From Thermoplasmata archaeon (lineage in GTDB: Archaea; Thermoplasmatota; Thermoplasmata; Sysuiplasmatales; Sysuiplasmataceae): a stretch of 64,000 nucleotides of DNA. The stretch covers positions 15,059 through 79,058 of the forward strand of contig JAJZXY010000007.1 in assembly GCA_021806165.1 (NCBI GenBank). The letters are read 5' to 3'. Positions within the stretch are counted from its first letter, which is position 1. The number at the start of each line of letters is the position of its first letter. This document shows, in pieces, positions 37,976-47,539 of the stretch. The notes beneath the pieces are model-generated. The model saw only the letters and a list, made by a program, of their open reading frames with translations, did not search any database and was not told the origin of the DNA. Made by a program: the position numbers and the translations under genes.

Positions 37976-38155
37976 AACGTTCCCATCCCTGAATGAGTGC
38001 AGTGTGCAGGTAGTGCTTCCTTGATATTTAAAACATTATTCTCAGGACGCGTGACTCCCGCGCTCTTTTGACAGGTTCCCTAACGAAATCGTCAGAAAAT
38101 TGTCTGACAATCAGCAGACAACCACACCATGGCAGAAAGAGAGGAGATGCATGTT

Positions 38156-38767
38156 TCAGTGCATCGAATAGCCGCAGCCGCACATCCCCGGGCTGTCGCT
38201 GAGGAGGTGACAGCAGGGACACCTGTAAAAAACCTTGGGTTCCTGGCAGTAGGCCGTGCCGCAGTATCTGCAGTAGTCACAACCATCAGCCACTTCGCAC
38301 GAGCATACAATGCACCTTAGCCCTTCCATCGTTGCAAGCTGCATCCCGCACGAGCCGCAATGGCGGTCATCTGCTGAAACAGGCGCAAGGCATGAAAGGC
38401 AGGAGAATGAGGAGAGCACCTGCTCCCCTCCCCTGTCCGAAAAGTGAGGTATCTTTGGAAACCATGGGGAGAAGCGCCTCGACGGCGCCTGTGTGACGGG
38501 GGCGTCGCACCTGACGCAGCTGGAAGCGAATAGCATGCATGCCTGATGGTAGTCTGCACCGCATTCACACCTGCCTGAATCCGCCTCGTCGATGTCGAGG
38601 AGGCAGACAGAGCAGTGGCCATCTCTTTCACCTGCCACAAGCACGTGTCCGATGCCTGCCTTCAGCATCACCCTTCCCAGGAGCCTGCCCGGGGCGGACC
38701 TCATCTCCAGCTGCCTCCCCCGGCGCAGGAAGACTGACCCTCCCTGTCCGTACCTGGCATCAGACAT
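38156..38767 (-). CDS. Cys-rich protein: C4HC3 RING-like finger plus double zinc ribbons
   Basis: C-x2-C-x11-C-x-C-x4-H-x2-C-x6-C-x2-C, followed by CLSC/CGSC, CIVC/CRYC and CPCC/CGC pairs. Confidence 0.65.
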   Translation of the reverse strand: MSDARYGQGGSVFLRRGRQLEMRSAPGRLLGRVMLKAGIGHVLVAGERDGHCSVCLLDIDEADSGRCECGADYHQACMLFASSCVRCDAPVTQAPSRRFSPWFPKIPHFSDRGGEQVLSSFSCLSCLAPVSADDRHCGSCGMQLATMEGLRCIVCSCEVADGCDYCRYCGTAYCQEPKVFYRCPCCHLLSDSPGMCGCGYSMH

Positions 38768-38798
38768 GATGCCTGAATCTGAAAATCGGTAGATAACA

Positions 38799-39551
38799 TT
38801 ATTCGCTGTTCGATGAAACGGTGCCTATGTACGTCCCGTCCAGAAGATAGAGCCTGCCGCTGGAGAGACTTATGAGACCGTCCCTGAAGAAGGGGCCTAG
38901 CCCGCGGCTCCCGCGTGCATTGACTGCAGTCCCTGTCAGTAGCGGGTTGAATGCAGGGATGACGACCATCTCCGCAGGGAGAGAGCTGTACTTCCCGGAT
39001 GGGTCCGTCCTCCTGAATGGAACCCTCAGCCAGCACTTCTCGATGTAGATATTTCCGAGGGAGTCTGTGAACCTTACTGCCGGATGTAGATGCCCCATGA
39101 CCAGTAGACGGGAGGACATCATCGCCCTGCCGGGCCATGCATGGCCGTGGCAGTATGATATCCCCTTCTCGGCAAAACCGGCCGTGCTGTGAAGGACAAT
39201 GCGCTGGGGAAGTGATCGTGCGATCAGTGAATCATGGTTGCCCGGAACCACATCGATGCTGTCGTAACTCCTCAGGAGGGACGACATGAAGGCGGGGAGG
39301 CTGCTGCGCCTGGAATACCCTATTGTGTGTTTCAGGTCACCCAGCATTATCAGCCGCCCGGCGAGTGACGAGAGTTCCTCGAGTTCTGAGAGCATGACCT
39401 CATTCTGCCCCTCGATGAAGACTCCCTTCCCCTCCAGCTCCTCCCCGTATCCGAGGTGCAGGTCCGCTATGACCAACGCATCCGCTTCACCGCGCACTCG
39501 CAGTGCGGCATGGCCGGCCACAGGCTCTATACGCTCTTTCGTCTCAGACAC
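38799..39551 (-). CDS. Calcineurin-like metallophosphoesterase
   Basis: IADLHLG, LGDLKH, PGNHD, CHGH, MGHLHP, PAFN. Confidence 0.9.
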   Translation of the reverse strand: MSETKERIEPVAGHAALRVRGEADALVIADLHLGYGEELEGKGVFIEGQNEVMLSELEELSSLAGRLIMLGDLKHTIGYSRRSSLPAFMSSLLRSYDSIDVVPGNHDSLIARSLPQRIVLHSTAGFAEKGISYCHGHAWPGRAMMSSRLLVMGHLHPAVRFTDSLGNIYIEKCWLRVPFRRTDPSGKYSSLPAEMVVIPAFNPLLTGTAVNARGSRGLGPFFRDGLISLSSGRLYLLDGTYIGTVSSNSE

Positions 39552-40209
39552 CCCACCTCAACCTTTCTGAAAGCGGCTGCGGCAGGGATGCTGCCTCATT
39601 TGACCTGACCACGTCCTCAATATCATAGACAACTCTGCAAATGACACACTCCTTCCCGTCGAGGATGGCATAGGATGCCCTGGCGTCGCCGTCCCTCGGC
39701 TGGCCGACAGAGCCCGGATTCACCACCATCTTCCCCCCAACCTCCCGGACGTAAGGGACATGAGTGTGGCCAAGGACTGTTACCCACTTCCCGGATTTTG
39801 ATGCGAGCTTCTCATCCACCATGTCCGCGTAGATGTATTCATTGCTGTCGAACGGGGAGCCGTGGTATACCGCCATGTCATCAAGCGTGATGGAAGTTGT
39901 GAGTGAGGAAATGAAATCCCTGTTCTCCCCCTCCGTATGCTCCCTGTTCCATCTGATTGCCTCGGCTGCCAGTGAGTTCATCAGCCTCTCACCGCCCGGT
40001 TCAAGCATTGCCTCATCATGGTTTCCGCGTATGCAGTATATGCGCCTCTTACGAAGCTCCGCTATCACCTCATTGGGCTGGGAGTTGTATCCTACAATGT
40101 CTCCTGCGCAGACTATGCTGTCCACTCCCTGCTCATCTATCTCGCGCAGGACCGCAAGGAGAGCCACATGGTTGGAGTGGATATCCGATATCAGCGCATA
40201 TCTTGTCAT
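39544..40209 (-). CDS. Metallophosphoesterase (PPP/YfcE-like)
   Basis: ISDIHSN, AGDIVGY, RGNHD, YHGSP, GHTHVP, NPGSVGQPRDGD. Confidence 0.93.
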   Translation of the reverse strand: MTRYALISDIHSNHVALLAVLREIDEQGVDSIVCAGDIVGYNSQPNEVIAELRKRRIYCIRGNHDEAMLEPGGERLMNSLAAEAIRWNREHTEGENRDFISSLTTSITLDDMAVYHGSPFDSNEYIYADMVDEKLASKSGKWVTVLGHTHVPYVREVGGKMVVNPGSVGQPRDGDARASYAILDGKECVICRVVYDIEDVVRSNEAASLPQPLSERLRWGV

Positions 40210-41654
40210 TTCACTGCTCCGGTATAACGAACAAGGACTGACGGTATATCTTCAATCACATCGGTTGCCAGAAGTCCGTATGATTTTGTCTCGAATGAGA
40301 TGTCGCCTGCAGAACCGTTGATATATGCGCCAAGGCGGGCAGCGTCGAATGGCGAGGCACCCTTTGACATCAGCGAGGCGACGATGCCGGTGAGCACATC
40401 GCCAGTGCCACCTACCGTCATGCCTGCATTTCCTGTGTCGTTCATCTTGAGCCTCCCGCCGTCAGATATGATGTCAACGGCACCCTTGAGGAGTATTGTT
40501 ATGCCGAGCCTTTCCGCCCATGAGCGTATCTGCTCCCCCCTCTTGCCAAGGTCCGTGGCCGCCTCCTCCCCGGTCAGCCTCTCGAACTCCCTGGCATGGG
40601 GTGTGACAACCACCTTCCTTCCTCTGATGAGGCTGTGCTCCCTCCCTGCAACCGCAATTGCGGCCGCATCCACGACGAGTGGAATGGATGCCTCCCGGAG
40701 GAAGGAGGAGATGAATGATGACGTCTCCTCCCCCCCGTCCATACCGGGCCCGATCACTGCTGCGCCGGATCTGCCTGCCCAGCGCAGTGCGAGGGGCACG
40801 TCTGACACCGAGAATGCATCTCCGCCCGAGGGGAAAGGCATGAGATTCGGGGAGAAGGATGCAACGGCCTGATAGTTCACGCCTGGAACGATTGTATAAA
40901 CGAGGTCGGCACCCGTCCTGTATGCGGCCATGGAAGAAAAGGCGGGCGCTCCTGCAAACGGTCCGCCTCCTATGACGGTCACAACCCCGTTCTTCCCCTT
41001 GTGCGAATCATGCTGCGGCGGAGGGTAGAGGAGCATCTCACCGGGGCCCGTGAATGCTGTTGCCTTCTCCGGTATACCTATGTCGGCAACCTCAATACTC
41101 CCGCTGTTCCCCTCATTCATTCCTGACTTGATGTCGTGGAAGGTAACTGTGATGTCGGGGTGCAGAAGAGTGGAGACAGGGAAGCCCGACGGCACATCTG
41201 CCGATATAAGCAGGCTGCCGCCATCCCGCATCCCGCGCATGAGCTCAATGGCCTTCAGGAATTCACCCGCCGGGGGTCGGTTTGCGCCTGAGCCAAGCAG
41301 CGCATCGACTACAACTGTTTTCGAAGGGTCGAGAGACCGCACGAAGGCTTCGTCTGCGACGAGATCCGCAACGCGTGAAAAGTGAATGGCTGCGAGGGCG
41401 CTCCCGGGCGGGGTGCCCGGCGGGACCTGAAGGACATGGACTGCAAACCTGTCCCTGAGAGATGCTGCCGCAGCATAGCCGTCACCGCCGTTGTTTCCGG
41501 GGCCGCAGACGACAAGCACATCACTCCTCCCTGGCGCCTCCCTTTCAACTGCGAGGGCAAGCCGCCTCCCCGCATTCTCCATCAGCGCCGAGACTGGCAC
41601 CCCGCGGAATGCCGAATTGATGTCCAGGATTCTGAATTCAATCAGGTCCAGCAT
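40206..41654 (-). CDS. nnr: Bifunctional NAD(P)H-hydrate epimerase/dehydratase
   Basis: LMENAG, CGPGNNGGDG, VDALLGSG, DSHKGKNG, TPHAREF, TVGGTGDVL. Confidence 0.95.
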   Translation of the reverse strand: MLDLIEFRILDINSAFRGVPVSALMENAGRRLALAVEREAPGRSDVLVVCGPGNNGGDGYAAAASLRDRFAVHVLQVPPGTPPGSALAAIHFSRVADLVADEAFVRSLDPSKTVVVDALLGSGANRPPAGEFLKAIELMRGMRDGGSLLISADVPSGFPVSTLLHPDITVTFHDIKSGMNEGNSGSIEVADIGIPEKATAFTGPGEMLLYPPPQHDSHKGKNGVVTVIGGGPFAGAPAFSSMAAYRTGADLVYTIVPGVNYQAVASFSPNLMPFPSGGDAFSVSDVPLALRWAGRSGAAVIGPGMDGGEETSSFISSFLREASIPLVVDAAAIAVAGREHSLIRGRKVVVTPHAREFERLTGEEAATDLGKRGEQIRSWAERLGITILLKGAVDIISDGGRLKMNDTGNAGMTVGGTGDVLTGIVASLMSKGASPFDAARLGAYINGSAGDISFETKSYGLLATDVIEDIPSVLVRYTGAVK

Positions 41655-41675
41655 ACATACCTCCGCCGGCCGTCC

Positions 41676-41960
41676 TCACTTTGCCCTCTTCCGGATCTCA
41701 GCGGAGACGAGCCGTAGTATCTCCTTCTTGCCCATGTCGTTCCGGACGAGCACCCTCCCCTCCTTCCTGTACCACCGTGAAGGATAGGATGCTGATTCGT
41801 CCACCTCGTGCTCAATGCCCAGGGCGGTGAGCGCTTCAGAAATCATCTGGACAGTGGGTGAATCTACAGCTTCCTTCTTCGTGACCCTCCTTCCGTCTTT
41901 GCGCTTCAGACGTGAGTCGATGTAGGAGGGCCAGAGAACCCATCTGTTCTTGAACTGCAT
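41676..41960 (-). CDS. srp19: Signal recognition particle protein SRP19
   Basis: VLWPSYID..L....GRRV.K..AV..PT, YP..W....GRV.V. Confidence 0.93.
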   Translation of the reverse strand: MQFKNRWVLWPSYIDSRLKRKDGRRVTKKEAVDSPTVQMISEALTALGIEHEVDESASYPSRWYRKEGRVLVRNDMGKKEILRLVSAEIRKRAK

Positions 41961-42092
41961 TTCGACCGGCTGAACATTCAACTGCTGTTAAATAATGATT
42001 TTGCACTTCGTGACAGGTCGGATGAACCTGCTGCCGAGTGTTAATAAGATGGTTTGCAATCATAAGTCACCCGGAGTCTGTGTGGTAGTGGT

Positions 42093-42614
42093 ATGAAGCT
42101 GCAGATAGGCGTTATCGGTGGAAGCGAGCCCGACAGTGAGCACAGGAAGATGGCTTTCGAGGTCGGAATACTGCTGGCAAGAAGCTCTGTGACGGTGATA
42201 TGCGGCGGCCTCACCGGCGTGATGGAAGCTGTTGCAGAAGGGGTTGAGAAGGAGGGAGGGATCTGCATAGGCATCCTTCCCGGGATGAATCCCGGAGGGG
42301 GAAACAGCCACCTGACCGCAGGCATCTCAACCGGCATGGGTTTCGCAAGGAACTTCCTTGTGGTAAGGGCTTCGGATGCACTGATTGCAATCGATGGTTC
42401 GAACGGCACGCTGTCCGAAGCTTCGTTCGCAATAGCGGAGGGGAAGTCTGTCATCTCACTTGACAGCTTCACACTGAAAAGGAGGAAGAAGAGTGAGGGC
42501 AGGTTCATTGCCGCCGGTTCACCAGCGGAGGCTGTGTCACTTGCCGCGCTGGAGGCTGAGAAGAGGAGAAGGAGCTACGCCAGGATGCGGAATGGAGCGG
42601 ATGAGGGGAGCTGA
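42093..42614 (+). CDS. TIGR00725 family (LOG/DprA-like Rossmann fold) protein
   Basis: IGVIGG, ICGGLTGVMEA..G....GG..IGILP, TGMGFARN, GTLSE. Confidence 0.9.
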   Translation: MKLQIGVIGGSEPDSEHRKMAFEVGILLARSSVTVICGGLTGVMEAVAEGVEKEGGICIGILPGMNPGGGNSHLTAGISTGMGFARNFLVVRASDALIAIDGSNGTLSEASFAIAEGKSVISLDSFTLKRRKKSEGRFIAAGSPAEAVSLAALEAEKRRRSYARMRNGADEGS

Positions 42615-42657
42615 CGCCAGACTTAACTAATGCCGTTCCATATGGCACCTGAGTTGA

Positions 42658-44091
42658 ATGAGGAAATCGGAGGATGACCAGGAAGGCTATGCACTGGCTG
42701 AGAAGGCAGTGGCACTCTGCTCCGGCAGAGGGGTGATCTATGCAAATGCCACATACCGCAGGTCCAGCGAGCTGGGCATGTTCTTCAAGAACGGGTCTCT
42801 CAGCGTCATATCACCCGACTCTGATGCGGGCATTTCAGTAAGGGTTGTTACAGACAGGGGTGTCGGTTTTGCATCGACGAACCACCTCGGGGCGGGCGGC
42901 GTGCGCACCGCGGTATCCCATGCACTTTCCATGGCAAGAGCGGGCAGCGGCAACAGCGCCGATTTTGCCGCAGGGAAGGCGGAGGTGGCAGAATGGACCT
43001 CCCCGCAGAAGATAAAATTCGGGGACGTTGACACGGAGGAGAAGGTCAGGCGCATTTCAGAGCTGGATTCGGCAATGAGCGATGCAAGCAGGCTCAAGAG
43101 CTTCAGGCAGGTTGGATACGGGGAAACAGTTGAGCACAAGTTCTATGCAGACACCGACGGTGCGAGGATCACGGCCCTGGACCCCAAGGTCGAGATAAGC
43201 TATTTCATCATGCTTCAGAAGGGCGGGGATTACGAACAGGCGCACAGGCAGCTGGGATACAGCGGCGGCTTCGAGGCGATAGACGAACTCAAGGCGGAGA
43301 GCAGGGCCGTGGAAGAGGTCATGGCTGTGGAAACGATGCTGGAGAAGGGCAGGCGTTTCGTTCCGGGCACATATGACCTTGTCTGCGGAAACGAGGTCAC
43401 GGGCATAGCGTGCCATGAGAGCTGCGGCCATCCCATGGAGGCGGACAGGATTATGGGCAGGGAAGCTGCCCAGGCAGGCAAGTCGTTTGTGGAACTGGAC
43501 TCGGGAGGGATGAGGATTGGTTCGGAGCTGGTGACAATTGTCGACGACCCGACAATAGAGAGGAGTTTCGGATTCTACCTCTACGATGACGAGGGGGTGA
43601 AGGCGAGAAGGAGGACACTCTACAGAAGGGGTGTTGTCGACGAGTTCCTTCAGAACAGGGAGAGCGGATCAAAGTCAGGGAGCATATCAAACGGGGCGGG
43701 CAGGGCGGCGTCATACGACTCGGAGCCGCTTGTCAGGATGGCAAACACCTATCTTCTTCCGGGCGGACACAGTGACCAGGAGCTTGTGGAGGGTGTGAAG
43801 AGGGGTGTGCTGCTCAAGAGCTTCAATGAATGGAATATAGATGACAGGAGGTTCAACCAGAAATACGTCGGAAGGGAGGCCTATCTCATCGAGAACGGGG
43901 AAATAACTGTCCCTGTCAGGTCTCCCGTCCTTGAGATAACCACTCCAGGATTCTGGAGCGCTGTCGACGCGGTGGCGAAGAGGATCGAATATTCGGGCGG
44001 GACATGCGGGAAGGGCGATCCCATGCAGGGGATGGAGGTCGACATGGGCGGACCGATGATCAGGCTGCGCGGCATTAGGATGAAGGGGTGA
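42658..44091 (+). CDS. tldD: TldD family metalloprotease
   Basis: HESCGHPMEAD (HExxGH), YLYDDEG, RMANTY, CGKGDPMQ....GGP. Confidence 0.93.
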   Translation: MRKSEDDQEGYALAEKAVALCSGRGVIYANATYRRSSELGMFFKNGSLSVISPDSDAGISVRVVTDRGVGFASTNHLGAGGVRTAVSHALSMARAGSGNSADFAAGKAEVAEWTSPQKIKFGDVDTEEKVRRISELDSAMSDASRLKSFRQVGYGETVEHKFYADTDGARITALDPKVEISYFIMLQKGGDYEQAHRQLGYSGGFEAIDELKAESRAVEEVMAVETMLEKGRRFVPGTYDLVCGNEVTGIACHESCGHPMEADRIMGREAAQAGKSFVELDSGGMRIGSELVTIVDDPTIERSFGFYLYDDEGVKARRRTLYRRGVVDEFLQNRESGSKSGSISNGAGRAASYDSEPLVRMANTYLLPGGHSDQELVEGVKRGVLLKSFNEWNIDDRRFNQKYVGREAYLIENGEITVPVRSPVLEITTPGFWSAVDAVAKRIEYSGGTCGKGDPMQGMEVDMGGPMIRLRGIRMKG

Positions 44092-45422
44092 AATCAATGG
44101 ATGTCACAAAATTCAGCGAGAGGGCAGATGACATTGCATCCTACACCTCCAGGAAGGGTGCGGACGACGTCATTGTCAACGCATTTTCAACCGACTCGAG
44201 GCAGATACGCTTCAGTGAAAGCAGGCAGGACATATTCAAGCGGTGGAACCAGACCTACTTCCACATCTTTCTTGCCAAGGAGAGGAGGGTGGTATCCACG
44301 ACAGTCAAGGGTTGGGAGGACTACCGGCGCATAGTCGATGCGGCAATCAGAACGGCAGAGCTATCACAGCCTTCAGATGACTACATGGGGATTGCCTCGG
44401 TCACAAGTGCAAGGAGCAGGAGGAAAGGCTGGAAGCCTCAAAGCGACGCGGCGCTTGGCGAGCTTGTGACCCGGGCGGTAAACGCATCGGCCGAGAACGG
44501 CGCTGCAAGGGCCGCCGGGACCCTCTACAACACGTTCGCAGAGCACTACCTCACAAGCTCAGCCGGTATCAGCAGGCATGAGAACGGTTCATCGCTCTAC
44601 CTGTCCATCCGATGCTTCGCCGACGAGCAGGCCAGCGGACATTCGGTGATTTCCTCGCTCAGCGAAACCAGATTCAGGCCGGAGAAGGCTGCGGAGAAGG
44701 CGGCCGGCCTGGCAGTACTGGCACGAAACCCTGTAAGGGGTGATGAGGGGCGCTTTGACTCACTGCTCGATCCAATGGTAGTGGCGACGCTCACCTCCGA
44801 GGCAGGCTCAATGTGCTCCGCGTTCAATGTGATGAGCGGTTTTTCATGCTTCGAAGGAAAGCTGGGCAGGAGGGTTGCCTCCGAGGCTGTTTCCATCGAC
44901 GATGATGCCACAAGGAACCTCAGCGGGAAGAGGTATTTCGACGATGAGGGGGTGGCTGTCAGGAAGACAGCGCTCATAAGCAGGGGGGTGCTGAAGCACT
45001 ACCTGCACAACACGTCAACCGCCAGAAGAATGAAGGAAAGGAGCACAGGCAATGCCGGCCTGATAGCTCCCGAGGCATTCTCCATCTCCATGAAGGGGGG
45101 AAGAGAGGGCTGGAGGGAGATGCTCTCCGGCATGAGGGACGGCCTCTACATAAACAATGTCTGGTACACGAGATACCAGAACAGGCGCGCAGGCACCTTC
45201 TCCACCATCCCCCGCGACGCCATACTCAGGGTCCGCAGGGGGGAGATAACGGGTGCCGTAAGGGACATACGCGTCACCGAGAACCTGATAAACATACTGA
45301 AGCATGTAAGCGCGGTGTCCATGGAGAGGGAGCATGTGAGCTGGTGGCTGGAATCATACACCCCTAGCACTGTCCCCTACGCGCTGGTAAGGAAGGTCAA
45401 TATCACGCGCTCGGCGGACTGA
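44088..45422 (+). CDS. TldE/PmbA family partner subunit
   Basis: FDDEGVA, GVL..YLHN..TA, STGNAG, VRDIRVTEN; no HExxxH; GTGA overlap with tldD. Confidence 0.9.
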   Translation: MKSMDVTKFSERADDIASYTSRKGADDVIVNAFSTDSRQIRFSESRQDIFKRWNQTYFHIFLAKERRVVSTTVKGWEDYRRIVDAAIRTAELSQPSDDYMGIASVTSARSRRKGWKPQSDAALGELVTRAVNASAENGAARAAGTLYNTFAEHYLTSSAGISRHENGSSLYLSIRCFADEQASGHSVISSLSETRFRPEKAAEKAAGLAVLARNPVRGDEGRFDSLLDPMVVATLTSEAGSMCSAFNVMSGFSCFEGKLGRRVASEAVSIDDDATRNLSGKRYFDDEGVAVRKTALISRGVLKHYLHNTSTARRMKERSTGNAGLIAPEAFSISMKGGREGWREMLSGMRDGLYINNVWYTRYQNRRAGTFSTIPRDAILRVRRGEITGAVRDIRVTENLINILKHVSAVSMEREHVSWWLESYTPSTVPYALVRKVNITRSAD

Positions 45423-45427
45423 AGATT

Positions 45428-45817
45428 CTATTCCTGCTTTTCAAGCAGCGTGGCGTTGACCATCCCGTGCTGGCCCGGCCTTGATGTGATAACGGCCATG
45501 CCGAGCTCGGTCTGGATCACGGCACCCTTGTTCATAATATTGCGCTGCGTGTAGTTGGGGTTTGCAGGGTTCTGCTTGACTGTGACAATCCTGCTTTTCT
45601 TTGTGACGCCTGTCTTGCTGTCGGTGACGTTTGCAAAATCGGTGGCAAGGACGCGCGTCTTGGAATTGGCACCCTTAGTCCTGTATACCTTGAGCCTCTC
45701 GCTGCCCACAAATGTGAACTGCTTTTCGCGGCCCACCTCGAACTTCCTCTTCTTCCTGCCCTGGACGTATCTGCCGCCCGTGGGCTTTCTCCTTGACCTT
45801 CCGTTCCACGTCGCCAT
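45428..45817 (-). CDS. rps8e: 30S ribosomal protein S8e
   Basis: MATWNGRSRRKPTGGR, NPANPNY.QRNIM.KGAVI.T..G.A.ITSRPGQHG.VNA. Confidence 0.97.
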   Translation of the reverse strand: MATWNGRSRRKPTGGRYVQGRKKRKFEVGREKQFTFVGSERLKVYRTKGANSKTRVLATDFANVTDSKTGVTKKSRIVTVKQNPANPNYTQRNIMNKGAVIQTELGMAVITSRPGQHGMVNATLLEKQE

Positions 45818-45875
45818 GCGATCAGCTGTTGTAGCTTTTGTTGTATAAAAATCTTTGTCAGGAGCGGGAAGTGGC

Positions 45876-46841
45876 CTAAAGGTGCAGTGCAAAGCCGAAG
45901 CCTAGATTCTGGAAGACCACCAGGTATGATATGATGAAACCAAGGATTGTGCCTGTGTTGAGGAGTGGGAGGCCAGCCTGCGGCCTTCCCCTTGATGTCA
46001 GCCGCATCAGCAGAACGAAACCGGTGAATGCGCCGATCAGGCTGCCTGCGGCAACAAGCAAATCTCCCCCAAGACCTCCTATAACGGCGGCCGAAGGGAG
46101 GTTGGAGAAGGCGCTGACTATGAGAACACCCGGGATAATCATATCCCCGAGCCCGATGTAGAGCGCCTCCCTCTCGCCCCCGCCCCCCCGCAGTTCGGGC
46201 TTCCTGGAGCTGAAATTGCTGAACCCGGCCTTCCTCGGGACCATCATCATTATAGGCAGGTTGAGTTCCATCGCCCCCTCGGCTATGCTGAGCATGTGCT
46301 TTGTCCTGTAGACTGCGACGAAATCGTAGGCTGCCATCGCCATCAGAAGGACGAATGCGGGCAGTATGCCCAGCGATATGCCGAAGATGGATGTTATGCC
46401 CGCAGCCATGATGAATCCCCAGGTGTCGACGACATACCATTCTGGATAGAGCCACAGTGCAAGCGCTATTGCAATCATTATCCCCACGGAGAGGTAGAAG
46501 TCGAAATCAGGGTAGGAGGGGAGGATGAGTATGAACACAGGGAAGAGGACGTAGATTGCGGAGAACGACATGATGAATATGAATATCCCGCGGAGCCAGT
46601 TTCCCTTCCCCTTCTTGAATATGTACAGCAGCACGGCGGTGAATACAATGAGGAATGCGACATATGCGAGAGGTATGAGCGGATTCGACTTCCCCTGGGG
46701 GCCGAATGCCTGGTAGCCGAAATACTCGTACTGTGGAACGAGCAGCAGCGCCGCCACCTGGACAAGGACAAAGATGGCTGCTGTTACACCTGCAGGCAGG
46801 TAGAATGAGACGAGACGCTCCTCACCCGCCAAGCGCAGCAC
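45876..46841 (-). CDS. Presenilin-family intramembrane aspartyl protease
   Basis: AAYDFVAVYRTKHM, IGLGD, PQAGLPLLN; about nine TM segments. Confidence 0.93.
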   Translation of the reverse strand: MLRLAGEERLVSFYLPAGVTAAIFVLVQVAALLLVPQYEYFGYQAFGPQGKSNPLIPLAYVAFLIVFTAVLLYIFKKGKGNWLRGIFIFIMSFSAIYVLFPVFILILPSYPDFDFYLSVGIMIAIALALWLYPEWYVVDTWGFIMAAGITSIFGISLGILPAFVLLMAMAAYDFVAVYRTKHMLSIAEGAMELNLPIMMMVPRKAGFSNFSSRKPELRGGGGEREALYIGLGDMIIPGVLIVSAFSNLPSAAVIGGLGGDLLVAAGSLIGAFTGFVLLMRLTSRGRPQAGLPLLNTGTILGFIISYLVVFQNLGFGFALHL

Positions 46842-46845
46842 CCTT

Positions 46846-47466
46846 TCAGGGGACCACGGAGGCGAACGCTATCGTTCCCGTGACCCTGTTTATCTTCACA
46901 TTGACCCTGGATCCCTTCTGGGCGCCCTGGACGTATATGACGTACTTGTCAATCCTTGCGACGCCGTCCCCCTTCGATCCCGTGTCCTCTATCATGACTT
47001 CAAGCACGGCGCCCTCCCTGACGGCAGGTCCCTCCTGGACAACCGCCGCGCGCTTTACAGTCACGGGGCGCTTGGCTCCGCATGCCTCACACTCCAGGAA
47101 ATGCACCCTTCCATCCTTGACAAGTTTCGTGTCGGGCCTCCCGCACTCGGAGCATATGACGTATGAGACGGTATACTCCCTGATCCTGTCTGCAAGCTGC
47201 AGAGGGTTCACCTTCGACTTGAAAACAACCCTCCTTCCCTCTATCGTGCCGGGGGTGCCCAGCTCCCTGAGAAGGTACTGGAGGAGGTGCTCCGGATCGC
47301 GGTTGAGCCTCTCGCATATATCCATGAAGTTGCGCAGCACCGAACTCTTCCCTTCGAGTATGACGTCCGGTTCGGGCACCTGGAATCTCTCTCCAGAGGA
47401 GAGGGAATCAGGTATCTCCTGCTTGGCGCGCTTCAGCAATTTCTGGTAATCAAATTCATCAGACAA
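46846..47466 (-). CDS. eif2b: Translation initiation factor aIF-2 beta with C-terminal TRAM domain
   Basis: ERFQVP, LLRELGTPG, YVICSECGRPDT...CEACGA; TRAM IEDTGSKGDGVAR...IYV. Confidence 0.95.
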   Translation of the reverse strand: MSDEFDYQKLLKRAKQEIPDSLSSGERFQVPEPDVILEGKSSVLRNFMDICERLNRDPEHLLQYLLRELGTPGTIEGRRVVFKSKVNPLQLADRIREYTVSYVICSECGRPDTKLVKDGRVHFLECEACGAKRPVTVKRAAVVQEGPAVREGAVLEVMIEDTGSKGDGVARIDKYVIYVQGAQKGSRVNVKINRVTGTIAFASVVP

Positions 47467-47539
47467 TCAAATCATTCCTTCAATGGCACAGCTGGAGAGT
47501 TAGGCAACCTACGATATATATGTAATTACGGGAGTCGGC

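Noticed and set aside
38092-38320. Short ORFs on both strands between the Cys-rich gene and ftsZ
   Set aside because: They overlap the end of the Cys-rich CDS and have no motif or convincing start context.
41993-42038. Second C/D-box-like pattern (ATGATT...GTGA...GATGA...CCGA) near srp19
   Set aside because: Boxes C and D are both degenerate, only about 8 nt of possible 16S complementarity from memory, and it coincides with a divergent promoter.
45532-46455. 307-aa alternate-frame ORF across the presenilin homolog and rps8e
   Set aside because: Overlaps two well-supported genes and has no recognisable motif.
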